A stretch of 64,000 bases of DNA from Minisyncoccota bacterium (GTDB lineage: Bacteria; Patescibacteriota; Minisyncoccia; Phycocordibacterales; UBA2100), in NCBI GenBank assembly GCA_036517195.1, contig DATDXU010000005.1, positions 4,975 through 68,974 on the forward strand, in the 5' to 3' direction. This document shows, piece after piece, positions 35,408 through 45,199 of this stretch (within the stretch, counting starts at the first letter, position 1; every line of letters starts with the position of its first letter). Below the pieces are notes generated by a model, which was not told the origin of the DNA, searched no databases, and was given only the letters and a program-made list of their open reading frames with translations. The translations under genes and the position numbers were made by a program.

Positions 35408-35988
35408 ATGCCTTGGATTCCCAGTTCTCGTACCTGCGCTACCCACGCGTCATGTTGTGCCGTGTCTGGATGTTCGCACGGCCCCATTGTTGTTACGTGT
35501 ACTTTCATACCAGAAAATCCGAGTATGCCGCGTGATATCTCATTCGTATAGTCGCCATATTTCAATCGAGTCATGAAGGGACTGTGTGCGCCATCAACGA
35601 TAATGACGCGCGCCGTTTTTCCTTTCAACAGTTCTATGACAGCGTGAGTTTTTTTATCAAATGAAAAAGCAAAACCGGGGAGCCACATGCGATCAAACAT
35701 GCCCTTTAGAAGTGCGGGCATACTCGTCCACCAGTTAGGGTATAGAATCACCACATGGTCTGCAGAACGTATATTCTCCTGCACAGCGAGAAGGTCTGGC
35801 TCTAGGGGTTGGATTTCGTTGTATCCCTTGTGTAAGATCGGGTCGAATCGCAATTCGCTGAGGTTAAGGCGTTTGACGGTGTGAAGCGCGGCACGAGCCG
35901 CGGTTTCATATGCATCCGCAAGTTCCGCGGTGAATCCTTGGAGGTAAGAATGTCCGACCAGTATAAAAATTTTACGACTCGATGTCAC
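35404..35988 (-). CDS. Flavodoxin-like fold NAD(P)H oxidoreductase (NAD(P)H dehydrogenase (quinone)/KefG/MdaB-like family)
   Basis: IFILVGHS...DHVVILYPNWWTSMPALLKG is typical of the Flavodoxin_2 family. Confidence 0.55.
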   Translation of the reverse strand: MTSSRKIFILVGHSYLQGFTAELADAYETAARAALHTVKRLNLSELRFDPILHKGYNEIQPLEPDLLAVQENIRSADHVVILYPNWWTSMPALLKGMFDRMWLPGFAFSFDKKTHAVIELLKGKTARVIIVDGAHSPFMTRLKYGDYTNEISRGILGFSGMKVHVTTMGPCEHPDTAQHDAWVAQVRELGIQGI

Positions 35989-36062
35989 AAGAACAGTATA
36001 CTATACAATTTTGCGATTGATTTTCAAAAACATTTCCACGGAGGTGATACAATTTGTTGTCT

Positions 36063-36986
36063 ATGAAAAAAGAAACCGCCACGCATCTCACGACAAAAAA
36101 AGCACGCGCTGTTTCCGTCACTATTATTCCCATTCCATTTGGGGATGGCGTTGGGGAGACGGGGGGGGCGGTGGATACCCCGAAGTATCTTTTGAGACGC
36201 GGGTTTGCGCGCGAGTTCGCACGCGCTGGGTTTTCGGTAAAACAATGCCCAGCCATTACGACACAAAAAATGTCTCCCATGACATTGTCGGCGCGGGGGG
36301 CAGTGGCGCGCGAATTAAAGCTCGGCAGAAAGTGCGTTGCCCTTGGCGGTACGCACACCATCTCTCTTGGCACCATAGGTGGAGCGCTCGAAGTGTTTGG
36401 GGATGACCTTGGATTGATTTGGGTAGACGCACATGGGGACTTAAATACGCACGCGATTTCACTTACGAAAGATATGCGGGGAATGGTGTTTGCCTCGCTT
36501 CTTGGTTTGGACAAAAAAATTTCACATGCCCTTGTTCCGCGAAAACTCAACAAAAAGAACGCGCTTCACATCGGACTGAAGGATGCGGATGAGGCAGAAA
36601 TACAACTCATACAAAAAAACTCGCTTAGTGTGGTGACAATGGGGGATATGGTGACGCATGGAATGTCGTATGCCACTTCGCACGTCAAGCGTCTTGTCGG
36701 GCACACGAAATATCTGTGGGTAAGTATCGATGTGGACGCGATAGAAAAAAACGATGCGCCTGCGTCCGCCATGGCAAGCCATGGCGGGCTTACCTATCGG
36801 GAAATTGCGCACTTAGCAAAATACATCGGAGACTCGGGTAATGTTGTTGGCGTTGATATCGCAGAGATGACACCCAATAAAGATGTGCGAGGGAAAACAG
36901 CGGGTGTGTGCCTCGAGATCGCGTCCTCTCTTCTCGGCGCTCCGTCGAATTGGTATACGCGATACATGGATACGTACACAAAGTAG
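36063..36986 (+). CDS. Arginase-family ureohydrolase (arginase/agmatinase/formiminoglutamase)
   Basis: GGTHTIS...VDAHGDLNTH...SIDVDA are arginase-fold Mn-binding motifs. Confidence 0.65.
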   Translation: MKKETATHLTTKKARAVSVTIIPIPFGDGVGETGGAVDTPKYLLRRGFAREFARAGFSVKQCPAITTQKMSPMTLSARGAVARELKLGRKCVALGGTHTISLGTIGGALEVFGDDLGLIWVDAHGDLNTHAISLTKDMRGMVFASLLGLDKKISHALVPRKLNKKNALHIGLKDADEAEIQLIQKNSLSVVTMGDMVTHGMSYATSHVKRLVGHTKYLWVSIDVDAIEKNDAPASAMASHGGLTYREIAHLAKYIGDSGNVVGVDIAEMTPNKDVRGKTAGVCLEIASSLLGAPSNWYTRYMDTYTK

Positions 36987-37050
36987 TCGAGTGCCTGGTT
37001 TTCCCACGCGACAGGATTGCACGCCACGCTGTTACTTGTATTATTGAAGT

Positions 37051-37380
37051 ATGCGTTTCGTGGCTACACTCGTCGTTCTTTTTGCGCTTACTCCATCATT
37101 CACATGGGCAGAAATGTGTATAGAAAATGTTCCCGTATGTGGATTTAGGGAACTGTGTGTAGAAAATGTGTGCGAATTTTATCAGACATACGATAACACA
37201 TGCGACATGGAGGCGGATGGCGCAGAGCTCATGCACAGTGGCGCTTGTGAAAGTGGCGGCGGGTATGCGCTCTCAAGATTTTTATCTGATACGCGTCCGC
37301 TATTTCCGCGCGGTTTTTGGTCGTACGATTTTACCGCATTCATTACGGCGATAGCGTCTCGCCTGTTCTCATGGATATGA
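37051..37380 (+). CDS. Small secreted cysteine-rich protein
   Basis: A signal peptide (MRFVATLVVLFALTPSFTWA) and 8 Cys. Confidence 0.3.
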   Translation: MRFVATLVVLFALTPSFTWAEMCIENVPVCGFRELCVENVCEFYQTYDNTCDMEADGAELMHSGACESGGGYALSRFLSDTRPLFPRGFWSYDFTAFITAIASRLFSWI

Positions 37381-37784
37381 TTGATGTTTTTTTTGTTGTT
37401 AAAATTCTTGTCGCGAGTGTCGCGAACATGTGTATCGGATTTGCGTGGTATCACCCGCGCGTATTCGGGGCGTCCTGGATGCGAATGGCCGGAGTAACGC
37501 CGGAGATGGTGGAGCGGGGGAAGCGTCGCGTGCCGTATGCGCTTGCCGGAGGGCTTGTCGCGGGAATGGTCATGGCGTATGTGCTCAGCTATTTTGGCGG
37601 CGCGCTTGGCGTTATTACAATGGCGGATGCCGTGATGCTTAGCGTGTGGGTATGGATTGGGTTTGTAGCTCCCGTGTTACTCGGGGCTGTGCTGTGGGAA
37701 CAAAAATCGATGTATCTATATCTCATCAACGCGCTGTATTGGTTAGTGGCAATTATTGTTATGGCGTTCGTACTCTTCTTTTAA
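37377..37784 (+). CDS. Small membrane protein, DUF1761-like
   Basis: FAWYHPRVFG...W motif pattern and 3-4 TM helices. Confidence 0.35.
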   Translation: MIDVFFVVKILVASVANMCIGFAWYHPRVFGASWMRMAGVTPEMVERGKRRVPYALAGGLVAGMVMAYVLSYFGGALGVITMADAVMLSVWVWIGFVAPVLLGAVLWEQKSMYLYLINALYWLVAIIVMAFVLFF

Positions 37785-37790
37785 TTTTTC

Positions 37791-38255
37791 ATGCGTCGTT
37801 CGTGGACTAGGGTAGCGCTGATTGTAGGAATTGTGTTTCTTATTTCCTACGCGGTTGCGGGCAATTTTTCAGTATTTTTGTTCGGAGAGTGGTGGCGCAC
37901 GAAAACAACACTCACGCTTGGTGGAGAACACATTGTCGCAGAAGTACGGGATACTCCACGAGCGCGCGAGCGCGGGCTTTCTCTACGCGACAGTTTAGAA
38001 GAGGATACAGGAATGTTGTTTGTGTTTCCAAATGACGCTCGTCATTCATTTTGGATGAAGGACATGAAGTTTCCAATCGATATTGTGTGGATTTCAAAAG
38101 AGGGAAAGGTGGTTGATATTCAACATGAGGTTGCGCCGGAAACATATCCTGAATATTCATTTGCTCCGCAAGATATCGCGCGGTATGTGCTTGAACTGAG
38201 GGCGGGGTGGGCGAAGGAGCACGACGTTTCCGTTGGGGGTGTGGTGGAATTTTAA
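37791..38255 (+). CDS. DUF192 (COG1430) domain protein
   Basis: A TM/signal helix followed by the conserved MLFVFPNDARHSFWMKDMKFPIDIVWI block. Confidence 0.55.
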   Translation: MRRSWTRVALIVGIVFLISYAVAGNFSVFLFGEWWRTKTTLTLGGEHIVAEVRDTPRARERGLSLRDSLEEDTGMLFVFPNDARHSFWMKDMKFPIDIVWISKEGKVVDIQHEVAPETYPEYSFAPQDIARYVLELRAGWAKEHDVSVGGVVEF

Positions 38256-38277
38256 TGTATGTGTGGTATAATGTAAG

Positions 38278-38646
38278 TCTGCGCCGGGCAATTGATGGAT
38301 GTTGAAAAATGTCTATAGGAAAGTCCGGACATGTGTCCCGCCTTGGCGGGACAGCAGGGTAGCGGGTAACACCCGTCGTGCGCAAGCATAGGGATGCGAG
38401 CAGAAACGGTGCGAAGCGAGAGCTGAGTACCGCCCCTTGAAATCCTACATAAGTATTTCACTGGGGCGAATCCGATAGGTAACTATTGGAATGAAACGGC
38501 AAAATTCCTACCTACATGCAAGGTCGTGCTCGTCAACACCACGCGTGGTGGCGAGAGTGCCGCTTGAGGTTGTCGGTAACGACAATCCCAGATAAATGGT
38601 TGCCTCCCGCGATTGCGGGAACAGAATCCGGCTTACAGGCGCAGCG
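38278..38646 (+). ncRNA. rnpB: RNase P RNA (bacterial type A), with an upstream extended -10 (TGGTATAAT at 38263-38271)
   Basis: GGAAAGUCCGGAC, CAGGGUAGCGGGUAACACCCG and ACAGAAUCCGGCUUACAGG are conserved blocks. P1 pairs UCUGCGCC with GGCGCAG. Confidence 0.8.
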
Positions 38647-38651
38647 AAATG

Positions 38652-38797
38652 AGCGAAGCGAAAAAGCTTCGCTTTTTCGCTTCCGAATGAGCAAGTCTGA
38701 ACGAACGAAGTGAGTATAGGCGCAGTGCAGCGAGCAAAGCAAACAAGCTTTGCTCGTTTGCTTTTGAGCAAACAAACCTATGTGGTACTCCACATAG
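38652..38797. repeat. Array of four short perfect hairpins downstream of RNase P RNA, interspersed with three TAGGCGCAG(T/C)G repeats
   Basis: GAAGCGAAAAAGC/GCTTTTTCGCTTC, GAGCAAAGC/GCTTTGCTC, GTTTGC/GCAAAC and CCTATGTGG/CCACATAGG. AGGCGCAG copies the P1 3' strand. Confidence 0.4.
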
Positions 38798-38838
38798 GCG
38801 CAGTTGCTGGAGCGACCTGAAAAAGCTGGCGGTTTCGT

Positions 38839-41142
38839 TTGAAAATACACACCTGTGGTATACTTTTAAAGCATATGCAAAACTTGCACGCACTATGTTT
38901 CAAGGTTGGGAGGTGGGTATCGGTCATACTTCTTGCACTACTTCCAGTTGCAGTTATTCCTGTTGACTGGATAACCGTCACACAATCAAAGGGACTTCTG
39001 ATTGGTATCTCATTTGTTGTTTTGGTTATTGTGTGGGTGCTCGCTTCTGTCGCAGAGGGGTTTATTCGCATTCCCAAACACGCGCTACCGATTGCCGTTG
39101 CGCTTTTACCTATTGCATACGCAACATCAGCTTTTGTTTCTGGCGCTTCGTGGAATTCTTACGTCGGTAACGGCGCGAGCGTGGATACGGTTTCTTCCGT
39201 TGCTATTTTTTATGGAATATTTCTTATTGTTGCTTCTTTGTATAGTACACATTCCGTAGTTTCATTGCTTCGCGCGTTTCTTGTCGGCGGGAGTATATTG
39301 CTGTTCTTACAGGGCGCGCGACTGTTTGTATCTTCCGGATGGTTTGATTTTAATGGCGCACTGACGGGTGTTGCTACGAGTAGCGCTGGGAGTTGGCATG
39401 ATCTTGGCATAACACTGGCACTCCTCATGTTTCTTTCAATGCTTATCGCCCGGACTATAACGAAAGGACGTTCTATGTCCGTCATTTTATACGGATTGGC
39501 GTTTCTTGCAGGGGTATTGCTTATTGTCGTTAACTTGTCGGATGTGTGGTTTGGGGTAGCGGGATTATTTGCAGCGTATGCGGTGTATCTCGCGGTTTCC
39601 TATTGGAAGCAAGAGTCGTGGCGAGCTCTATGTCTTCGGACGTATGTGTATTTATGCATCGCACTCGTTGCGATTGGATTTGGTTATGCGGGGGGCTCGG
39701 TTCAAACATGGCTTCCGGAATCAGCGCGCGTTGTTCATGTCGAAGTGCGCCCGTCGTGGCAAGGGACATTCGCCGTCGGCGAGAAAGCATTGTCCGGGAA
39801 GGGATTATGGTTTGGTACTGGGCCGAACACATTTGTGCGCGAGTGGAGTTTATATAAACCAAAAGAAGTCAATATAACTAATTTTTGGGGTACTGATTTT
39901 TACGCGGGCATTGGCACCGTTCCCACATCCGTAGTAACCGTGGGATTGTTCGGCGCCCTTGCGTGGATTGTAATTATTTTTGCTCTGTGTGCTATTGCAT
40001 ATAGAGGTCGTTCTATACGAGAGGATCCGTTACTGGCGATTCTTTTCATTGGCACCCTGTTTCTTACCGTGTTTCAGATTTTGTATACGCCCGGCGTTGC
40101 GCTTTCACTGTTCACATTTTTACTGTATGCAATTCTTTTAGCGCATCACTCCCGTGACAGCTCTCCATGGCACCTCTCAATTGACGTGGTGTCTATTCGC
40201 GGTGGCATAACTCTAGCGGTGCTGTGCGTCGTTTCACTATCCGTTTTGTTTTTAAGCATCCAATCACTTCGCTTTCTTGTTTCCGACATACTTTTAAGCC
40301 GAGGTGAGCGCGCGCTCGCAAAAACCGGAGATACCGCTGTTGCCGCGTCGTACGTGCAGTGGGCAAGTGTACTATTTCCAAACAACGATAGGGCTCACCG
40401 TGCGGCCGTGGAGCTTGGTTTTATAGAATTACGCGCCTTGGCATCTCGCGGAGCAGAGACGGAAGAAAAGCAACAGCAATTACAGAATGTTCTTTCTCAA
40501 ACAATCGGGCGCGGTCTCTCTGCCGTGTCTGCGGAGAATAATAATTACCAGAATTGGCTTTTACTCGCTCGATTGTATGGGGAACTAGCTGGTTCAAAAA
40601 TTGAGGGAGCAGAAACACAGGCAAGGGAGGCGTACGCGCGTGCGCGTGCCGTGAACCCCACGAGTCCGCTCCCCATTGTCGGTCTGGCGCAACTGGAGAT
40701 TGTTCTTGGGAATATGGACGCTGCTCGAAAACTTCTCTTTGAGGCACTGTTGCTTAAGCCCAACCTCTCTGTGGCGTACTTTTTACTTTCGCGCATTGAT
40801 GCCGGAGAGGGAAATTTTGATACAGCACGTGAATCGGCTCTGGCCGTGGTTGAACTTACACCAGAAGACGCTCTCTCGTGGTATAACCTCGGGGCTGTTT
40901 TGTATGGAAACAAAGAGTGGGGGGGCGCGATTGAGGCACTCACACGAGCTCTCGCGCTACAGACCAATTATGCAGATGCCCTCTTTGTACTTGGGCTTTC
41001 CTACTTTGAGGCGGGGGAGAAGGAGAAGGCAATAACTGCTTTCACAGCACTTTCTTCGCTCGATCCGACACAAGAGGTTTCCTCGCAGGCGCTCAAGAAT
41101 ATACGGGACGGTTTCGACCCACTTCGGAAGCGCACGCGATAG
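38839..41142 (+). CDS. O-antigen ligase (Wzy_C)-family polytopic membrane protein with C-terminal TPR repeats
   Basis: About 12 TM helices in the first 450 aa. C-terminal TPR motifs include WYNLGAVLYGNKEWGGAIEAL and AYFLLS. Confidence 0.6.
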   Translation: MKIHTCGILLKHMQNLHALCFKVGRWVSVILLALLPVAVIPVDWITVTQSKGLLIGISFVVLVIVWVLASVAEGFIRIPKHALPIAVALLPIAYATSAFVSGASWNSYVGNGASVDTVSSVAIFYGIFLIVASLYSTHSVVSLLRAFLVGGSILLFLQGARLFVSSGWFDFNGALTGVATSSAGSWHDLGITLALLMFLSMLIARTITKGRSMSVILYGLAFLAGVLLIVVNLSDVWFGVAGLFAAYAVYLAVSYWKQESWRALCLRTYVYLCIALVAIGFGYAGGSVQTWLPESARVVHVEVRPSWQGTFAVGEKALSGKGLWFGTGPNTFVREWSLYKPKEVNITNFWGTDFYAGIGTVPTSVVTVGLFGALAWIVIIFALCAIAYRGRSIREDPLLAILFIGTLFLTVFQILYTPGVALSLFTFLLYAILLAHHSRDSSPWHLSIDVVSIRGGITLAVLCVVSLSVLFLSIQSLRFLVSDILLSRGERALAKTGDTAVAASYVQWASVLFPNNDRAHRAAVELGFIELRALASRGAETEEKQQQLQNVLSQTIGRGLSAVSAENNNYQNWLLLARLYGELAGSKIEGAETQAREAYARARAVNPTSPLPIVGLAQLEIVLGNMDAARKLLFEALLLKPNLSVAYFLLSRIDAGEGNFDTARESALAVVELTPEDALSWYNLGAVLYGNKEWGGAIEALTRALALQTNYADALFVLGLSYFEAGEKEKAITAFTALSSLDPTQEVSSQALKNIRDGFDPLRKRTR

Positions 41143-41149
41143 ATATCAT

Positions 41150-42826
41150 ATGATGCGTGCTTTGCGGATCTTCTCATCCGAAGTGCAAAATGTGCACAGG
41201 GCGGCATACATTCTTGCTCTTGCCGCGATCGTTTCTTCTCTCTTGGCGCTTTTGCGAGATCGTTTGTTTGCGCATACATTTGGAGCCGGAATTGAGCTTG
41301 ATATGTACTACGCCGCCTTTCGTATTCCAGATATTATTTTTGTTGCCACAACGGCGCTTGTTTCTGTGTATGTGATACTTCCGGAATTGACGCGGCGAGA
41401 AGAGCAGGCTCAACGCGCATACATTGATACCGTGTTTGTCGGTTTTTCCGTGCTGGCCGTGTGTGTTTCGATAGGCGCGGCATTTTTATCTCCATACGTA
41501 CTGACGGCGCTATTTCCACACTTTGTTCAGGGTGGATACATGGAAGAGACGATTCTGCTTACGCGGATTATTTTGTTACAACCGATTCTCCTCGGATTTT
41601 CAAACATTTTTGCCGCGGTCATTCAGCTTAAGCGGCGTTTCGCGCTCTACGCACTTTCTCCAATTGTATATAACGTCGGTATTATTGTTGGCGTTTTGGT
41701 TTTGTACCCACTATTCGGACTGTCGGGGCTTGCGTGGGGAGTAGTTCTTGGTGCATTCCTTCACGCCCTGATTCTTATGCCATCTGTATTTCAAGATGGA
41801 TTTTTCTCTTCGTACTCGTTTGTAAAGTGGCGAGAATTGTTTGAAACGGCACGCGCATCTCTTCCTCGCTCTCTTGCCCTCGCAATGAATCAATTTACCT
41901 TTTTGGGTCTTACGGTCATAGCCGGCACTCTCTCTGTCGGTTCGATTGCCTCTTTCATGTTTGCATACAATTTGTACAGTGTTCCGCTTGCAATAATCGG
42001 CGCGTCATATTCTGTTGCCACGTTTCCAACGCTTGCGTTAGCATTTTCACGCGGAGCACATGATGAATTTGTGCTTCAGATTGCAACTGCCATACGGCAT
42101 GTCTTGTTTTGGTCGCTTCCTGCCGTTGCGCTCCTTATCGTACTTCGTGCACACATTGTGCGCGCGGTTTTAGGAAGTGGCGCGTTTGATTGGACCGACA
42201 CGCGTATAACATCGGCTGTGCTCGCTCTTCTTTCTGTATCAGTAGCCGCACAGGGGATAATGCTTTTACTGGTACGCGGGTACTACGCGGCGGGGCGTAG
42301 CGTTGTGCCGCTTGTGTGCTATAGCGTGATGGCGGTTTCAACCATACTCGTATCGTACGTATTTGTATACGCGCTCGAAACTCCTCTCGTGCTTCGAATT
42401 GTAGAACACACGTTGCGTGTGTCAGACATCCCCGGGAGCTCTGTTGTAGCGCTTGCTTTCGCGTACTCACTCGTGTCTGTGTTCGGAGCGTTATTGTTAT
42501 CGATTGATTTTGACCACCGATTTTCAAGTTTGTTTTTCCATGTACGGAGAACGTTGTCTGAAGCTGCGTGCGCGGCTCTTGTCGCGGGGGCTGTAAGTTA
42601 TGGAATTCTTACGACTCTAGGGACACTCACGCAGGCAACGACATTTCTTGTGGTGTTAACACACGGGTTTACGGCAGGAATGGGGGGGATTGTGGGTGCC
42701 GGATGCGTCTATTATCTTCTTAGCACGAGAGAGTTTGCAGAAGTGGTGACAACATTTTTTGAACGTTTTACTGATCGAGGTTCTTCCCAGTCACAGGCGC
42801 GTGTTGTCGCTTCGGCGGAAGAGTGA
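41150..42826 (+). CDS. murJ: Lipid II flippase MurJ (MviN)
   Basis: 558 aa with about 14 TM helices and a MATE-like fold. The conserved N-terminal region is LRDRLFAHTFGAG...DMYYAAFRIPD. Confidence 0.75.
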   Translation: MMRALRIFSSEVQNVHRAAYILALAAIVSSLLALLRDRLFAHTFGAGIELDMYYAAFRIPDIIFVATTALVSVYVILPELTRREEQAQRAYIDTVFVGFSVLAVCVSIGAAFLSPYVLTALFPHFVQGGYMEETILLTRIILLQPILLGFSNIFAAVIQLKRRFALYALSPIVYNVGIIVGVLVLYPLFGLSGLAWGVVLGAFLHALILMPSVFQDGFFSSYSFVKWRELFETARASLPRSLALAMNQFTFLGLTVIAGTLSVGSIASFMFAYNLYSVPLAIIGASYSVATFPTLALAFSRGAHDEFVLQIATAIRHVLFWSLPAVALLIVLRAHIVRAVLGSGAFDWTDTRITSAVLALLSVSVAAQGIMLLLVRGYYAAGRSVVPLVCYSVMAVSTILVSYVFVYALETPLVLRIVEHTLRVSDIPGSSVVALAFAYSLVSVFGALLLSIDFDHRFSSLFFHVRRTLSEAACAALVAGAVSYGILTTLGTLTQATTFLVVLTHGFTAGMGGIVGAGCVYYLLSTREFAEVVTTFFERFTDRGSSQSQARVVASAEE

Positions 42827-42930
42827 TACACATTCTCGATGGGTACCATACGCACCTTCAGCACCTCAGTACCACAACGCTTCGCATTGGCTACGGGGCA
42901 GGTCATCGCACATGTGGGTAGAAATACTAT

Positions 42931-44712
42931 ATGAACATTCGTAACTTCAGTATCATTGCCCACGTAGATCATGGCAAATCGACGCTTGCTGACCGCATGT
43001 TGGAACTTACGGGGACCATTCCACCGCGTCGCATGCAAAGCCAGGTGCTTGACCATATGGAGCTTGAGCGTGAACGGGGCATTACCATCAAAATGACTCC
43101 AGTGCGTATGCGGTGGAATGTTCGGGGCGAGGCGTATACGTTGAATCTCATTGACACCCCGGGACATGTTGATTTTGCATATGAAGTGTCTCGCGCGCTC
43201 TCTGCTGTTGAGGGCGTTATTTTACTTGTGGACGCAACGCAGGGGGTTGAAGCGCAAACACTGTCTGTTCTTTCTGTCGCGCGAGATTTGAAGCGCGTCA
43301 TCATTCCCATTGTTTCAAAAATTGATGCTCCACATGCGCGCGTATCTGAAGTATCCGGCGAGCTCGCGGCTCTTCTTGGGTGCGACGAGAAAGATGTTCT
43401 TGCTGTTTCAGGCAAAACGGGTGAGGGGGTTTCCGCGCTATTAGATGCCATCGTCGCTCGAATTCCTCCGCCTACACCTCACGGGAAGGGTGTACAGGCG
43501 CTCATCTTTGATTTCGGGTATTCGGACCATCGGGGTGTCATCATATATATGCGTGTATTTAGTGGTTCGATTAAAAAAGGAGACATGCTGCGGTTTATCG
43601 CAGCTGATACGACATTTGTAGCGTCTGAGGTTGGTATTCTCGTTCCCGACGAGCAGGCGTGTATTGAACTTTTTGCGGGAGAGATTGGGTATGTTGTGAC
43701 AGGTGTCAAAAAGCCAGGCATTGCATCTGTTGGAGACACAGTTACCTCTGTGCGGAGTCCGGGAGAAGCGCTCTCCGGATACTTATTCCCATCTCCCGTC
43801 ATTTGGGCAAGTGTGTATCCAGAAAGTCAGGACGATTTACCTCTCTTAAGGCAATCATTAGAGCGTTTGCGTCTCACCGATTCATCACTTTCGTATGAAG
43901 AAGAGTCGTCGGGAGTTATGGGAAAGGGATTCCGGTGCGGATTTCTTGGGATGTTGCATCTCGAAATTATCATTGAGCGTCTACGGCGTGAATGTAATCT
44001 CGCGCTCGTTGTCACGCAACCGACCACGGTGTACGAAATAACCTATGGAGATGGCACGGTTGAAGAAATTTATACGCCGTCGCGCCTGCCGGATGACGGC
44101 TCGGTTTCCAACATACGCGAACTGTGGGCACATGTTTCGATTATCACACCGCCCGCGTATGTCGGTGGCATTTCACAATTGTTGTATGACCATGAAGCAG
44201 TGGTGGGGGACACGGAATCATTTTCGGACGGCAGATTGAATATACACGCCGAGATGCCCTTGAGAGAGCTTATGCGCGGGTTTTTTGACCGCCTGAAGAG
44301 TGTGTCATCTGGATTTGCGTCTCTATCATATGTTCTCTCCGGCATGAAGGATGCGGACGTTGTTCGTATGGATGTTCTGGTCGCAGAAGAAACTGTGCCT
44401 GCGTTTACGCGAATTGTGTCGCGCAGGCGCATACAACACGAAGCAGAATCAATGGTTGAAAAGCTTGAAAAACTCTTGCCACGCCAGATGTTCGAACTGA
44501 AGATACAGGCGAAGGCGCTCGGGCGTATTCTTGCATCGCGTCGCGTGTCTGCCATGCGGAAGGATGTGACGGGGTATCTCTACGGGGGAGATATTACGCG
44601 CAAAATGAAACTATTGGAAAAGCAAAAGCGCGGCAAGAAAAAGATGTTAGCTCGTGGCAAGGTAGATATACCTCACGAGGTGTTTCTGAAAGTGGTGCGC
44701 GGAGGGGATTAG
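42931..44712 (+). CDS. lepA: Elongation factor 4 (LepA)
   Basis: IRNFSIIAHVDHGKSTL, DTPGHVDF and a LepA-specific C-terminal domain. Confidence 0.9.
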   Translation: MNIRNFSIIAHVDHGKSTLADRMLELTGTIPPRRMQSQVLDHMELERERGITIKMTPVRMRWNVRGEAYTLNLIDTPGHVDFAYEVSRALSAVEGVILLVDATQGVEAQTLSVLSVARDLKRVIIPIVSKIDAPHARVSEVSGELAALLGCDEKDVLAVSGKTGEGVSALLDAIVARIPPPTPHGKGVQALIFDFGYSDHRGVIIYMRVFSGSIKKGDMLRFIAADTTFVASEVGILVPDEQACIELFAGEIGYVVTGVKKPGIASVGDTVTSVRSPGEALSGYLFPSPVIWASVYPESQDDLPLLRQSLERLRLTDSSLSYEEESSGVMGKGFRCGFLGMLHLEIIIERLRRECNLALVVTQPTTVYEITYGDGTVEEIYTPSRLPDDGSVSNIRELWAHVSIITPPAYVGGISQLLYDHEAVVGDTESFSDGRLNIHAEMPLRELMRGFFDRLKSVSSGFASLSYVLSGMKDADVVRMDVLVAEETVPAFTRIVSRRRIQHEAESMVEKLEKLLPRQMFELKIQAKALGRILASRRVSAMRKDVTGYLYGGDITRKMKLLEKQKRGKKKMLARGKVDIPHEVFLKVVRGGD

Positions 44713-44830
44713 GGCGACTCTCTAAATCAACCCGGGCGCGAAGAAGAGCACCATGCTGATGCTGATGAGAATTGCGAGTACCCCCCACACAATTTTCATT
44801 ATTTTTTTTGTTCGTTTTTCAAATAAGAAG

Positions 44831-44956
44831 CTCATCCCGTTTTAAGTAGGACGCGGAAACACACATCACTCCACATCCTCTCGGTTAGTGTTTGTAATTA
44901 TCGACTTGTTTCACATGTATCTGACGCATGCGTCCGCGACTTCTAACGGGACTCAT
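44831..44956. repeat. MITE-like element copy E3 (homologous to E1, opposite orientation)
   Basis: Right end CGCATGCGTCCGCGACTTCTAACGGGACTCAT is the reverse complement of the E1 left end at 30/31 nt. The left end CTCATCCCGTTTTAAGTAGGACGCGGA matches the E1 right end. The interior shares CACTAAYCGAG..GTGGA. Confidence 0.55.
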
Positions 44957-45199
44957 ACTATCGATGAGGTACACCCCGCAGTAGATGGTGGCGAATGAAT
45001 ACACTCGCGCTTGTGATGCCACACCAACCGCAGTGTACAGGAACAGTATAAGATAGTAATAATTAAATTTCCACTTCTCGCGTGTTCACATTTTGAACAA
45101 TTTCTGTACAAGAAAATCACAAACTGCTCTTGTACAATGATACACCGCCCGTGGTGAGAAGTATCGCCACCATTCACTGACGGGGTACAATTATACTGT

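Noticed and set aside
38508-38893. Several short ORFs on the minus strand over the RNase P RNA 3' half and the hairpin array
   Set aside because: They overlap a confidently identified structured RNA and perfect hairpins, so they are not coding.
44953-45177. 74-aa minus-strand ORF, and a search for tmRNA/SRP/6S RNA in the 44713-45199 gap
   Set aside because: The ORF is Cys/His-rich and unconvincing. I could not find the tmRNA tag-reading frame or the SRP domain IV motif by eye, so no ncRNA is called here.
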